In this document: positions 9,477 through 19,417 of the stretch, piece after piece
Numbering within the stretch: the first letter of the stretch is position 1
Layout of the letters: each line of letters opens with the position of its first letter
Assembly (NCBI GenBank): GCA_963826305.1
Contig: CAWGWZ010000001.1
Location: 19,577-83,576 of the forward strand
From: an uncultured delta proteobacterium
GTDB taxonomy: Bacteria > Desulfobacterota > BSN033 > UBA1163
Length of the DNA: 64,000 nucleotides
Reading direction: 5' to 3'
Notes under the pieces: model-generated
Database searches by the model: none
Told to the model about the DNA's origin: nothing
Seen by the model: only the letters and a program-made list of their open reading frames with translations
Position numbers and translations under genes: made by a program

Positions 9477-10571
9477 ATGGAAATGATAGATGTCTTCAGG
9501 GCTGCATTCCAAAGGGGGGCGTCTGATATCCATATCGTCGTGGGTCAACCGCCACTGGTCAGAATCCGCGGATCCATTGAGAAGCTGCCTGGCTTTCCAA
9601 ATCTTACAGCCGAAGACACAAAGAGACTCATCTACAGCATGCTTTACGAGGACCAGATCGCACGCTTCGAAGAGAGGCTGGAGCTCGATTCGTCGTATCA
9701 TGTCCCTGGCTTGAGCCGATTCAGGGTAAACGTCCTCCTCCAGAAAAATGGAGTGGAAGCGGTGATGAGGCTGATCCCTTCAAAGGTACCGAGCCCGAAA
9801 GATCTGAGACTCTCCGATGGGATCCTTGCCCTCACGAAGCTTCCGAGGGGGCTCGTTCTGGTCACAGGGCCGACCGGCTGTGGAAAGTCCACCACCCTCG
9901 CATGCCTGATCGACATCATCAATCAAGAGAGAAAAGAGCATATCCTCACCGTCGAAGATCCGATTGAGTTTGTCTATGAGATGAAAAACTGCATTGTGAG
10001 ACAGAGGGAGGTGGGCTCCCAGACCCATTCATTTCTGGAGGCGCTGAAACATGCCTTGCGGCAGGACCCTGACGTGATACTCGTCGGCGAGATGAGAGAT
10101 CTGGAAACGATCTCACTCGCCATCACCGCTGCGGAAACCGGACACTTGGTATTCGGGACACTTCACACCCAGGATGCTCCCCAGACGGTTGACCGGATGA
10201 CGGATGTCTTCCCCCCACATCAGCAACAGCAGGTAAGGGTTCAACTCAGTGTTACCCTGAAGGCGGTCATCTGCCAGCAATTGCTTCCGGTTGTGGGTGG
10301 AAAAGGGAGGGTCGCTGCAAGGGAGGTGATGATCGTTACCCCTGCCATTGCAAACCTGATCCGGGAGGGCAAGACGCATCAGATTTACAGCGCCATCGAG
10401 ACCGGCGGAAAATACGGCATGGTCACCCTCGAGTCATCACTCGCCGAGCTGGTAAAAGAGAGGCTCATCACAGTTCAAGAGGCACTGTCCAAGGCGAATA
10501 ACCCTCAGTCTTTGTTGACCAAGGTGGGGGCGTCTGGAGTGGCGCCTGCAGCGGGGGGAAGGACCATATGA
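9477..10571 (+). CDS. pilT: Type IV pilus retraction ATPase PilT
   Basis: ASDIHI, GPTGCGKST, EDPIE, LRQDPDVILVGEMRD, GHLVFGTLHT, AIANLIRE. Confidence 0.93.
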   Translation: MEMIDVFRAAFQRGASDIHIVVGQPPLVRIRGSIEKLPGFPNLTAEDTKRLIYSMLYEDQIARFEERLELDSSYHVPGLSRFRVNVLLQKNGVEAVMRLIPSKVPSPKDLRLSDGILALTKLPRGLVLVTGPTGCGKSTTLACLIDIINQERKEHILTVEDPIEFVYEMKNCIVRQREVGSQTHSFLEALKHALRQDPDVILVGEMRDLETISLAITAAETGHLVFGTLHTQDAPQTVDRMTDVFPPHQQQQVRVQLSVTLKAVICQQLLPVVGGKGRVAAREVMIVTPAIANLIREGKTHQIYSAIETGGKYGMVTLESSLAELVKERLITVQEALSKANNPQSLLTKVGASGVAPAAGGRTI

Positions 10572-11698
10572 ATATCGATGACTATTTCAGGTTCCTTGTA
10601 CAGAGAGGGGGATCCGACCTCCACCTGAAGGTCGGCCGGCCGCCCCTGATGAGGATAAAGGGAGAACTTCTTCCAACCGAATATCCAGTGATCGGGAAAG
10701 AGGAGATGAAGAAGCTCCTCCTTCCAATGCTCACAGAGATGCAGATAAAGAAACTCGAAAATGAGCGTGAGATCGATTTTTCCTACCTTGTTGAGGGCCT
10801 GGCGAGGTTTCGGGGCAATCTATTCCATCAGATGGGATACCTCGGAGCGGTCTTCAGGGTGATCCCGGTTGAGATAAAGACGATCGATGAGCTCAACCTT
10901 CCGCAGGTACTCAAGGAGTTAATATTTAGGAATCAAGGCGTCATCCTCGTCACGGGGCCAACCGGTAGCGGCAAATCGACCACGCTGGCTGCCATGATCG
11001 ACTACCTCAATATGAACCGCTCGGACCACATCATCACGATCGAGGACCCTGTTGAATTCGTCCATCGAGACAAGAAATGTGTGATCAATCAGAGAGAGGT
11101 CGGATTTGATACGCGCTCCTTTGCCGAGGCACTGAAACGTGCCTTGAGACAGGACCCCGATGTGATCCTCGTCGGGGAGATGAGAGACCCTGAGACCATC
11201 TCCATCGCGATGACTGCGGCAGAGACAGGCCACTTGGTCTTCAGCACCCTCCATACAAACGATGCAAAACAGTCCATCGATCGAATTATTGATACATTTT
11301 CTCCCGAGCAGCAGCATCAGGTACGGATGCAGCTCGCCATGACACTCTGTGCCATCGTCTCGCAGAGGTTGATAAAGAAATCGGATGGTTCGGGCAGGGT
11401 GGCGGTCATCGAGGTGATGATCAACACGCCGACGATAAGAAAGATGATCGAGGAAGGAAGGATCGGGGCCATTGACAAAGCGATCCATGACTCGGCATCG
11501 CTCTATAAGATGCAGACCATGAATCAGCACCTCTTCCAACTTGTAAAGGAAGGGATCATTACGCAGGAGGGTGCTCTTAGTATCAGCAATAATCCGAACG
11601 ACCTGAGGATCATGTTTCAAACACAGATGCCAGGGCCACCCCCTACATCCACACCGCCCAAACCATCCGGGCTCGAGGGAAGATATGGAAAGTTTTGA
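10568..11698 (+). CDS. Second PilT/PilU-family retraction ATPase
   Basis: Same Walker, Asp and His boxes; the AIRNLIRE motif is degenerate (TIRKMIEE); ATGA overlap with pilT. Confidence 0.9.
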   Translation: MNIDDYFRFLVQRGGSDLHLKVGRPPLMRIKGELLPTEYPVIGKEEMKKLLLPMLTEMQIKKLENEREIDFSYLVEGLARFRGNLFHQMGYLGAVFRVIPVEIKTIDELNLPQVLKELIFRNQGVILVTGPTGSGKSTTLAAMIDYLNMNRSDHIITIEDPVEFVHRDKKCVINQREVGFDTRSFAEALKRALRQDPDVILVGEMRDPETISIAMTAAETGHLVFSTLHTNDAKQSIDRIIDTFSPEQQHQVRMQLAMTLCAIVSQRLIKKSDGSGRVAVIEVMINTPTIRKMIEEGRIGAIDKAIHDSASLYKMQTMNQHLFQLVKEGIITQEGALSISNNPNDLRIMFQTQMPGPPPTSTPPKPSGLEGRYGKF

Positions 11699-12629
11699 GG
11701 AGCTCCGCCTGCTGCCACTGTTTTCCGGTATTCCGGAGGAGATCCTTCCCTCCATTTCAGGGATGTTGAAGGAAGAGAAGGTTAAGGCCGGCCACCTTGT
11801 CATCAAGGAGGGCGATCCTGCAGACTTCTTCTACGTTCTCCGATCCGGCGAGATGGAGGTGCGAAAGACCATCGACAGGGAATCCGGTAAACATAAGACG
11901 CTCGCTATACTCGAAGAGGGGGATATCTTCGGCGAGATGGCTATCTTCGGCGAAGAAGTGAGGGCTGCCGACGTCGTCACGGTCAGGGATTCCCTGCTCT
12001 GGAGAATAGATTTTAAAGACTTCTTAAATCTCCTCAACAACGATCCCGGGATCGGGCTTCAACTCCTCAAAGCAATGATCTCCATCCTTACCTTACGGTT
12101 GAAGGCTACAAATCAGGAACTTGCAACCCTCTACGAGGTGAGTCGGATTATCTCCTCAACCCGGCAGATGGAAGACCTGACGGGTATGGTCTTTGAACAG
12201 GTGATGAGGGATGTAGAGCCAGCAAAGGCAGGCTTTATAGCCGTTTGGAACAGGTTCAATGAAGAGTTCGATATTCACCACTCCCTCAACCTTCCGAAGG
12301 AAGAACACCTTCTGATGGGTGACCCGCTGATCGTCGAGCTCCGTGAAAAGATGTCGCCTGTGATGGTAAGGGAGATCTCGGAAATGCCGGATCTGGAAGG
12401 AAAATTCTACACGGGACTCTCGATGCTCGTTTCACCCATGGTTTACAACACCGACCTGATCGGACTCATCGCCCTCATCCATCCTTCAAAGAAGAAGGCC
12501 TTCAGCTACAGTCAGATGGTCCTCCTCTCCGATGTCTGCACCCATCTCGCCTCCGCCCTGAAGAATCTCGAAAAAGAGCAGGAAGATCTATTGAGGAACA
12601 GACTCTCTCAGAAAAAGGTTTATTACTAA
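11685..12629 (+). CDS. Cyclic-nucleotide-binding + GAF domain protein
   Basis: LFSG...EGDPAD...FGEMAIFGEEVRAADV cNMP cassette; coiled linker; SMLVSPM...IGLIAL...FS GAF pattern. Confidence 0.85.
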   Translation: MESFEELRLLPLFSGIPEEILPSISGMLKEEKVKAGHLVIKEGDPADFFYVLRSGEMEVRKTIDRESGKHKTLAILEEGDIFGEMAIFGEEVRAADVVTVRDSLLWRIDFKDFLNLLNNDPGIGLQLLKAMISILTLRLKATNQELATLYEVSRIISSTRQMEDLTGMVFEQVMRDVEPAKAGFIAVWNRFNEEFDIHHSLNLPKEEHLLMGDPLIVELREKMSPVMVREISEMPDLEGKFYTGLSMLVSPMVYNTDLIGLIALIHPSKKKAFSYSQMVLLSDVCTHLASALKNLEKEQEDLLRNRLSQKKVYY

Positions 12630-12748
12630 TGTAAACCTTACCGTTGCAATGAAACATTAAAACAGACTCGGCGGGGACACTGTAAGAGCCTTGTAGCGGA
12701 ACCTTTTGAATATCAAGCACTACTGTCCACCAACTTTGCTGGAGTTCA

Positions 12749-12843
12749 CCCCGTTAGAAATAATCCCCCGCTGCTCTGCAGCGGGGTTCGTTCTTAGAAT
12801 AATTCCGGCAGGGTTTAATGCCCCGCTGGAATTTCTAACGGGG
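12749..12843 (-). mobile_element. CCCCGTTAGAAA-family MITE, long form
   Basis: TIRs CCCCGTTAGAAAT/ATTTCTAACGGGG, flanked by TTCA on both sides; related copies at 32531, 39558, 42706 and 53962. Confidence 0.85.
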
Positions 12844-13165
12844 TTCACTCTTGGTGAAATCCTCTATGACCCATTCCATTCCAATAAAACCCGCATTACA
12901 AGGGTCTGGAAGTGTTCCCGGCGGGTCTGCTTAATCCAACTGTAAGGTAAATCCATTAAATACCTTGTAAGGCGATTCAGGGCTGCTGAATGCCCGGCGC
13001 AGGCAAGGCTAAAGTAATATCCGAATTCGAAAGTGACATGGGTAAAAAGAAAGCGGAGATTCTGCCGAGAAATCCCCCACCTCAGATTACAGATATCTTG
13101 ACAAAATGCTTATAAGATGTTCCTCCTTTGGACCCAAAACCACAAACTTCAGCCCAGGAAGGGGT

Positions 13166-14065
13166 TCATGTTGAGGCCGATTTAACGTCCGATACGTCCA
13201 CTGGAGCGGGCCTCTCCTCCCTTTGCCAGGGCATCAGCCTTCGTTCGATGGCCTGCAAGCCGCTCGTGAAGAGGGCACCGAGGATCATGATGATCACCAA
13301 CCCTGCAAACATGTTCTCGGTCAGGAGAGTCTGCCAGGAAAACCAGATGAGATACCCCAAACCGTACTTTGCAGCCACAAATTCGGCAGCGATGATGACG
13401 ATCAGCGCAGTGCCCAGGCTGAGCCTCAGCCCGGCAAAAATGATCGGCAACGCCCCTGGGATGATGACATGCCAGAACATCTGCCACCGATTGGCGCCAT
13501 AGTTTCGTCCGGCCTCTAAGAAGATGGGCTCGATGTCACGAACGCCGGCAGTGGTATTGATCAACACCAAAAAGAAGGAAGCGATGCCCACGATGACGAT
13601 CTTGCTCATCTCGCCGACGCCGAAGACGAGCATCACCAGGGGGAGGATGGCGATCTTGGGGAGGACATAGACCGCTGAGATGACCGGATCGCAGGAGACC
13701 CGGATCGTCCGGTTCATCCCCATGACCACACCCAGGACGACGCCTGGTATCGCGCCAAAAAAGAATCCGGCGAAGATACGAAAGAGACTCACCCAGAGGT
13801 GTCCCACCTCGAACAGCTTTTGAACCCCAGCCCAATCCCCGGCCATCACCCGCCCTGGCAGAAGCCAGAATGGACCCAACAACTCACCTTTGGCTGTTAG
13901 ATTCCAAAGGGCCAAAGCCACCGTGGAGGGTGCAGGGAAGAAGCGTGCGTCAAGCCACTCCAGCCTCACGGCTGCTTCCCACAAGGCCAACAGAAAGAGG
14001 GGAAAACCGATCGAGAGGAGACGTTCCCGTGTCCCAATGTCCAGACGCTTGCCCAATCGTTTCAT
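13166..14065 (-). CDS. NitT/TauT-family ABC transporter permease
   Basis: Multiple TM segments; EAGRNYGA (EAA loop), PKIAILP. Confidence 0.92.
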   Translation of the reverse strand: MKRLGKRLDIGTRERLLSIGFPLFLLALWEAAVRLEWLDARFFPAPSTVALALWNLTAKGELLGPFWLLPGRVMAGDWAGVQKLFEVGHLWVSLFRIFAGFFFGAIPGVVLGVVMGMNRTIRVSCDPVISAVYVLPKIAILPLVMLVFGVGEMSKIVIVGIASFFLVLINTTAGVRDIEPIFLEAGRNYGANRWQMFWHVIIPGALPIIFAGLRLSLGTALIVIIAAEFVAAKYGLGYLIWFSWQTLLTENMFAGLVIIMILGALFTSGLQAIERRLMPWQREERPAPVDVSDVKSAST

Positions 14066-14841
14066 CGTTGTTGCTCCATCGCCCTCTGCACCTCTCCTTG
14101 CAGGTCTTGCCAGACCGCAAAGGTCAACTGTCCGAACTCTGGCATGCCAATCAAGGAAAGGCTACGAGGACGCTCAAAGGGTATCACGAACTCGCTCTTA
14201 TTGGTCCCTGGATGAGCGGTCATTAAGACCACCCGGTCTCCCAAAAAGACGGACTCTTCAATGCTGTGCGTGATGTAGACGACGGTCTTCCGGAAGCCTT
14301 CCCAAAGACGGACCAGTTCCTCCTGGAGCACCGCCCGGTTTTGGGCATCCAGGGCTCCCAAAGGTTCGTCCATCAGCAGGATCTCCGGGTTATTCGCAAA
14401 GGCTCGCGCAATGCCCACGCGCTGTTTCATACCACCCGAGAGCTGGTGAGGATAGGCCTCTGCAAACTTGATCAGTCCCACTTTCCTCACCCACTCGAGG
14501 GCAATCTCTCTCCGCTCATCCCGAGGGACTCCCCGCATCTGCAGTCCAAAAGCGACATTGTCAATCACTGTCTTCCAAGGAAAGATCGCATACTCCTGGA
14601 AAACAATGCTCTGAAGGGGAACGCCATCCTTTCCAGGGGACAGCGTCACTTCTCCGGATGTGGGAGTAACCAATCCACCAAGAATGCGCAGGAAGGTGGA
14701 TTTGCCACAGCCAGACGGTCCCACGATGCAGACAAACTCCCCTTCCTCCACATTTAGACTGAAGCTGCGCAAGGCATACATCGGTCCTTTCCGGGACGGG
14801 AAAAGCTTTGTCACGTTGCTGGCTTTGATCTTAACGGCCAT
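14062..14841 (-). CDS. NitT/TauT-family ABC transporter ATP-binding protein
   Basis: GPSGCGKST, LSGGMKQR, LLMDEP. Confidence 0.95.
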   Translation of the reverse strand: MAVKIKASNVTKLFPSRKGPMYALRSFSLNVEEGEFVCIVGPSGCGKSTFLRILGGLVTPTSGEVTLSPGKDGVPLQSIVFQEYAIFPWKTVIDNVAFGLQMRGVPRDERREIALEWVRKVGLIKFAEAYPHQLSGGMKQRVGIARAFANNPEILLMDEPLGALDAQNRAVLQEELVRLWEGFRKTVVYITHSIEESVFLGDRVVLMTAHPGTNKSEFVIPFERPRSLSLIGMPEFGQLTFAVWQDLQGEVQRAMEQQR

Positions 14842-14877
14842 AATACTCTCTCCTTAGGCGGATGAATTGACCTCCCC

Positions 14878-15900
14878 TCAGGGTTTGAACGGGCCAAGAA
14901 TCTTCACGGCGTTCTCAACAAACGACGGATTGGCCATATTGCCCTCAGGAATCTCTATGGTGTAATGGGTCCAACCTGCCCAGCGGAAAACCTCCTCCAT
15001 ATTCTTGATGCTGTCGATGTAGACTTTCAGGTCGGGGTCGTATGTCTGGGGTCTTCCCTTCCGGATGGCCTGTTCGGTAGAGGTCACATATTTCAGGTAA
15101 GCCTTCATATTTTCCGGATGAAGGTACTTATCGCCCTGCATGGCCCGGGACCCCTTGACCAGAGCGATCATGAAGCGTTTTGCGACATCGGTCCGTTCCT
15201 TGATGAATTTCCCAGAGTACATGAAGACCGTGGTCATTGCCCCAGGGGCTGTATCTTGAGCCAAGAGAGCCCCTTTCCCTCCAGCAATGATCTGATCCGA
15301 GTAGGGCGGACCCACCAGGGCGGCATCCACGGCCCCCTTTTCAAATGCCAGCAGCATGTCTGGATTGGCCAGGTTAACGGTCTCGATATCCTTGATCATC
15401 AATCCCGCTTCCTTGAGTGCCTTGGCCACGAAGTAAGCCCCGGTCGTCCCCTCGCCTCCGGCGATCGCGACCTTCCTGCCCTTAAGGTCAGCAATCGATT
15501 TGACCTGACCAGAATCTTTCAGATCTTTACGGACGATGATGATCGTTGGGCCTCCTTTTTGAGGCTGTAGGGCTGCTGAGGCGACGATGCGGAGGTCGAA
15601 TCCCTTATTGAACGCATTGAACGTGGCAGCTGTGATTCCGACCCCTCCGGCGTCCAGCGTCCCTTGGGCCAGAAAGGCCATGGCCTCAGTCCCAGAAGCG
15701 ACCTTCTGCATCTCCACTTCGATATTTTGTTCTTTCAAGAAACCACGTTCGATCGCCACATAGAGAGGGGCGAAGTTCATGATGGCCACGTAGGCCGTCT
15801 TCACCTTTTCGGATGCAGCGGGTGCGGCCCTCGGGTCCGCGACCGATGAGAACAGGGTGAAGGCAAGGGCGATAATGAGGATAGCGCTCTTTCGGTTCAT
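14878..15900 (-). CDS. NitT/TauT-family ABC transporter substrate-binding protein (NMT1/SsuA-like)
   Basis: Signal peptide; DLKGRKVA motif; in an operon with the ATPase and permease. Confidence 0.9.
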   Translation of the reverse strand: MNRKSAILIIALAFTLFSSVADPRAAPAASEKVKTAYVAIMNFAPLYVAIERGFLKEQNIEVEMQKVASGTEAMAFLAQGTLDAGGVGITAATFNAFNKGFDLRIVASAALQPQKGGPTIIIVRKDLKDSGQVKSIADLKGRKVAIAGGEGTTGAYFVAKALKEAGLMIKDIETVNLANPDMLLAFEKGAVDAALVGPPYSDQIIAGGKGALLAQDTAPGAMTTVFMYSGKFIKERTDVAKRFMIALVKGSRAMQGDKYLHPENMKAYLKYVTSTEQAIRKGRPQTYDPDLKVYIDSIKNMEEVFRWAGWTHYTIEIPEGNMANPSFVENAVKILGPFKP

Positions 15901-16106
15901 CTCTATTCTCCCTTCCGACAAAAGAATGTCCCTGAAGAAAAATCACCCAAGACCGTTACCTCCAGACCGCAAGAGAGAACCCCGAATGGAAAAAGACGCC
16001 CGTTCTCATTTTCAAGATCTCTCCTCTTGCAGAAACAAATATTCTCCTCCTGTCTCCAGTCCTAAAATAGCATGCAAACCAACGTCCTGCAATTGCTGAA
16101 GTCTAT

Positions 16107-16377
16107 CAGGGTGCTGAAAAAGTCACTTTTTCAGGCTGATCAAAAATGCCCCTGCCTGTGCCGAGGCTTCGGCAGGCAGGCAGATGCAAGTTGAGCTATG
16201 CGAAATCCCGCTTGCGGGGGCGCTCGAAATCCTGAGGAGTGAGGCGTACTTGGAGTACGCCGCAACGACGAAGGATGAGGGGTGGCGTCGCGACGAATAA
16301 GGAGCGACTTCTTGCCACGCCGCCAAGACGGTGAGGCGGCCGGATAACGCCGCAGATGGGCGTTTTTCAGCAGCCTG
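16107..16377. mobile_element. MITE copy 2 (271 bp) with a nested 30-bp hairpin insertion
   Basis: Near-identical to 2857-3097; CTAT direct repeats at 16103-16106 and 16378-16381; extra 30 bp at 16151-16180. Confidence 0.9.
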
Positions 16378-16561
16378 CTATTCCGTCGGCGAAGACCGAA
16401 CTGAAAGGTAAGACCGTATGGTCACCGTATCCTCAGGGCTTGACTTTGGGCAATTAGTTTGGCAATGTAAAACGAAAAGGATGAAGGTGAAGGTCTTCGA
16501 TGACTCGTCTGCTTTTCTCTAAAAAAATGGTGCAACATCTAAGGTCATGAGGAGGGGAAAG

Positions 16562-17140
16562 ATGAAGGTATTGGGAGTTCTGGGAAGTCCGCGATTGGGT
16601 GGAAATAGCGATATCCTTTTGGAGCAGGCCCTCGCAGGAGCCAGGGACGCAGGAGCGGAGGTGGAGAAAATCGTCCTGTTCAAAAAGAAGATCTCCGGAT
16701 GTTTGGACTGCGGGAAATGCAACAAAACGGGCATCTGCGCAATCAAAGACGACATGTTGGAGATTCACAAGAAGATCCTGGAGGCAGATACCATCCTCCA
16801 CAGCGTGCCCGTCTACTTCTGGGGCATGACCGCTCAGATGAAGGCCTATCTGGACCGCTGGTGCACTTTCTTTAATGCGGAGTGGCGCTTGCACAAAGAA
16901 TATTCTCCAAAAATGAAAGGGAAGAAGATCGGCTTGATCACGGTCTGCGGAGACCCGGATGTTTCGACAGCCGATCCCATCGTCCATAGCTTCAAAAATA
17001 CTTCCCAGGTCGCCAGCCTCAACTGGATCGGTGCGGTGAAGGCCTCAGCCTCTGCAAAAGGGGAGATTGCCAAAAATGAGGCTGCCAAAAAAGAGGCTTA
17101 TAACCTGGGCAAGAAAGGAGCGACAATCCAAAAAAAATGA
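16562..17140 (+). CDS. Iron-sulfur flavoprotein / flavodoxin family (NADPH-dependent FMN reductase)
   Basis: GSPRLGGNS; CLDCGKC...C; PVYFWG...KAYLDR. Confidence 0.92.
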   Translation: MKVLGVLGSPRLGGNSDILLEQALAGARDAGAEVEKIVLFKKKISGCLDCGKCNKTGICAIKDDMLEIHKKILEADTILHSVPVYFWGMTAQMKAYLDRWCTFFNAEWRLHKEYSPKMKGKKIGLITVCGDPDVSTADPIVHSFKNTSQVASLNWIGAVKASASAKGEIAKNEAAKKEAYNLGKKGATIQKK

Positions 17141-17186
17141 GACGGGCCCCTTTCCTCTTTGGAGGCTCGGTGCTAAATTTAGACGG

Positions 17187-17981
17187 ATGATTGATTATTC
17201 TATCCTCGACCAACATTCCTTATTAGCTTTCATTTTTTATCCTCGTAAGGATTTCACCTTCTGCCCGGGGAATGCCTTCGACCTGTCTGTCGCCGTGGGG
17301 GACCATGTTTCGATTTCGTGCCGTTTTTACATGGGTCATCACGAATGGCCATGGATCTTATTTTTCCATGGGAATGGTGAGGTAGTGAGCGATTATGATG
17401 AGATATCTCCTTCTTATCATCAAAAGAGGCTCAACTTAGCCGTTGCCGATTACAGGGGATATGGAGCCAGCAGCGGTATTCCGACCCTCACTGCTCTCAT
17501 TCAGGATTCCCATCTCATCCTTAAAGAAGTGAGAGAGGAGCTATCGAGAAGAAATCTTAGAAGCGATCTGTGGGTCATGGGAAGGTCTCTGGGAAGTATC
17601 TCTGCCCTGGAGCTGGCCTACCAACATCAAGAGATGATAAAGGGGCTCATTATAGAGAGTGGTTTTCCCAGTGTCGTGCGGATCATTACTCATCTTGGTA
17701 TGCCTGCCCGTGGTATTGATTTGAAAAAGATTGATCAGGGGTGTCTGGAGAGGATCAAAAAGATATTGGTTCCCACCCTGATCATTCATGGCGAGCACGA
17801 TATGCTCGTCCCTCTCGAAAATGCGAGAGATATATATGAGCACCTTGGAACCCAGGAGAAAGAACTCCTCGTCATCCCTTCGGCTACCCATAATGACATT
17901 ATGCTGGTTGGCTTCAAGGACTATTTCAAAGCTCTTCAGCGATTCATTGAGAGGACAGAATCGATCAAGAGGGTGGGATGA
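17187..17981 (+). CDS. Alpha/beta hydrolase
   Basis: FHGNGE, DYRGYG, GRSLG nucleophile elbow, HGEHD, HND. Confidence 0.9.
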   Translation: MIDYSILDQHSLLAFIFYPRKDFTFCPGNAFDLSVAVGDHVSISCRFYMGHHEWPWILFFHGNGEVVSDYDEISPSYHQKRLNLAVADYRGYGASSGIPTLTALIQDSHLILKEVREELSRRNLRSDLWVMGRSLGSISALELAYQHQEMIKGLIIESGFPSVVRIITHLGMPARGIDLKKIDQGCLERIKKILVPTLIIHGEHDMLVPLENARDIYEHLGTQEKELLVIPSATHNDIMLVGFKDYFKALQRFIERTESIKRVG

Positions 17982-18053
17982 TTGCTACCCGGTACCAGAT
18001 CAGCCCCCGGGCGACTGTGGCGGATGCATTGTGAACCTTAACATCGCATTGAA

Positions 18054-18259
18054 AAGGCAGTTGGGCGTGCTTCCAAACCTTTACAATGCGGGTTCTGGGC
18101 ATGTTTTATGGGTAACATGCGATGTCACCCAAGGTGACTTTCGCAATATGCTGGGCGACGGAGGAGCGGAACGTTTAAAGGTGCCGCCCTGCCTTCGTCC
18201 CGCAAGGCGGGACTACGCGCAGGCAGGTGTAAAGGTTCTCCAGCACACCCAACTGCCTT
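18054..18259. mobile_element. MITE-like element with about 30-bp imperfect TIRs and a nested 40-bp hairpin
   Basis: aaggcagttgggcgtgct...aacctttaca / tgtaaaggtt...agcacacccaactgcctt; CCTGCC..GCAGGCAGG unit at 18188-18227. Confidence 0.7.
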
Positions 18260-18337
18260 ACGGAACGTTTTTTATCAACTGGCAGGGGTGAAGATACTGG
18301 AATCATAGACCAAGAATTGTAGGAGGGTGTCTACACG

Positions 18338-19126
18338 ATGCGAATCAAGGCGAAAGGTATCCAGATGAATTATGAGCTCTCCGGGAAAAAGGGAGCTCCA
18401 GTGGTGGTTCTCAGCCATTCCCTGGGATGCAGTCTGACAATATGGGAGCCTCAGATGGACTCCTTAAACCTCCATTTTCAGGTGCTCCGTTACGACATCC
18501 GGGGCCACGGCCGCAGCGACGCGACACCGGGGGCATATACCCTTGAGCTGTTGGGGGAGGATGTCATTGGATTATTGGATGCGCTGAATATTGATCAAGT
18601 GCACTTTGTGGGGCTCTCCGTGGGCGGGATGATCGGTCAGTACCTCGCCCTTAATCATCTCCGTCGTCTCAAAAGCTTCGCTTTATGCGATACGGCTGCT
18701 GTGATTCCAGCGGACGCCCAACCTATATGGCAAGAGCGGATCGATGCAGCACGGGAGAAAGGCATGCAGTCTTCTGTGGACCAAACGATGGAGCGCTGGT
18801 TTACTCCATCCTTCCTCAGCCTGAACTCACCAAAGGTCGCTGCCATCCGTAAGGAATTCCTGGCCACGCCAGTGGAAGGTTACATCGGCTGCATGGAAGC
18901 GATCAGGAAGCTCAATTACCTGGACCGACTCTCGATGATCAAATTGCCTACCCTGATCATGGTGGGGGAAGACGATCCTGGAACGCCGGTGTCAGCTTCG
19001 GAAGCCATGCACAAGCGTATACCCGACTCAAGGTTGGTAGTACTTCGGTCTGCTCGTCACCTTTCCAACGTGGAGCAACCCGATGCCTTCAACGCTGCTT
19101 TGATAAAATTTCTAAAAGATCTCTGA
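18338..19126 (+). CDS. pcaD: 3-oxoadipate enol-lactonase
   Basis: SHSLG, YDIRGHGRS, GLSVGG, WQERI...ERWFT, HLSNVEQP. Confidence 0.85.
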   Translation: MRIKAKGIQMNYELSGKKGAPVVVLSHSLGCSLTIWEPQMDSLNLHFQVLRYDIRGHGRSDATPGAYTLELLGEDVIGLLDALNIDQVHFVGLSVGGMIGQYLALNHLRRLKSFALCDTAAVIPADAQPIWQERIDAAREKGMQSSVDQTMERWFTPSFLSLNSPKVAAIRKEFLATPVEGYIGCMEAIRKLNYLDRLSMIKLPTLIMVGEDDPGTPVSASEAMHKRIPDSRLVVLRSARHLSNVEQPDAFNAALIKFLKDL

Positions 19127-19148
19127 TTTCCTATTTCAAAAGAAGGCT

Positions 19149-19319
19149 CTACTCTTTCTTTTCCAACCTCGAGTCCTTCGTTTCCTCCTCGGTGACATCG
19201 GGTAACTCAGTTAGGTACTTGCAGAGAGGCAGCTTCTGAAAAATTTCTTCTTCTGGTTTATAAATGGTTAGGCTTAGGGTTTCTTTCTCACTGACGGGTG
19301 ATTCCTTCTTCTCTTTCAT
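19149..19319 (-). CDS. Small charged hypothetical protein (56 aa)
   Basis: Open frame MKEKKESPVSEKETLSLTIYKPEEEIFQKLPLCKYLTELPDVTEEETKDSRLEKKE fills the intergenic gap; below the ORF-track size cutoff. Confidence 0.45.
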   Translation of the reverse strand: MKEKKESPVSEKETLSLTIYKPEEEIFQKLPLCKYLTELPDVTEEETKDSRLEKKE

Positions 19320-19417
19320 ACCATCATCTTACCCATCTGTTGGACTTCGATTCAACTATTTATTTCCTCACTCAATTCATTTCAAGCAGTCGCCTCAGTA
19401 TCAGGTCATGGGACACC

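Noticed and set aside
12960-13075. Possible c-di-GMP (GEMM) riboswitch (GGCAA..GAAA..GCGG..GCCGA)
   Set aside because: The required P1/P2 pairings and GCAAA/GACGCAAA core cannot be formed, and there is no suitably oriented downstream gene.
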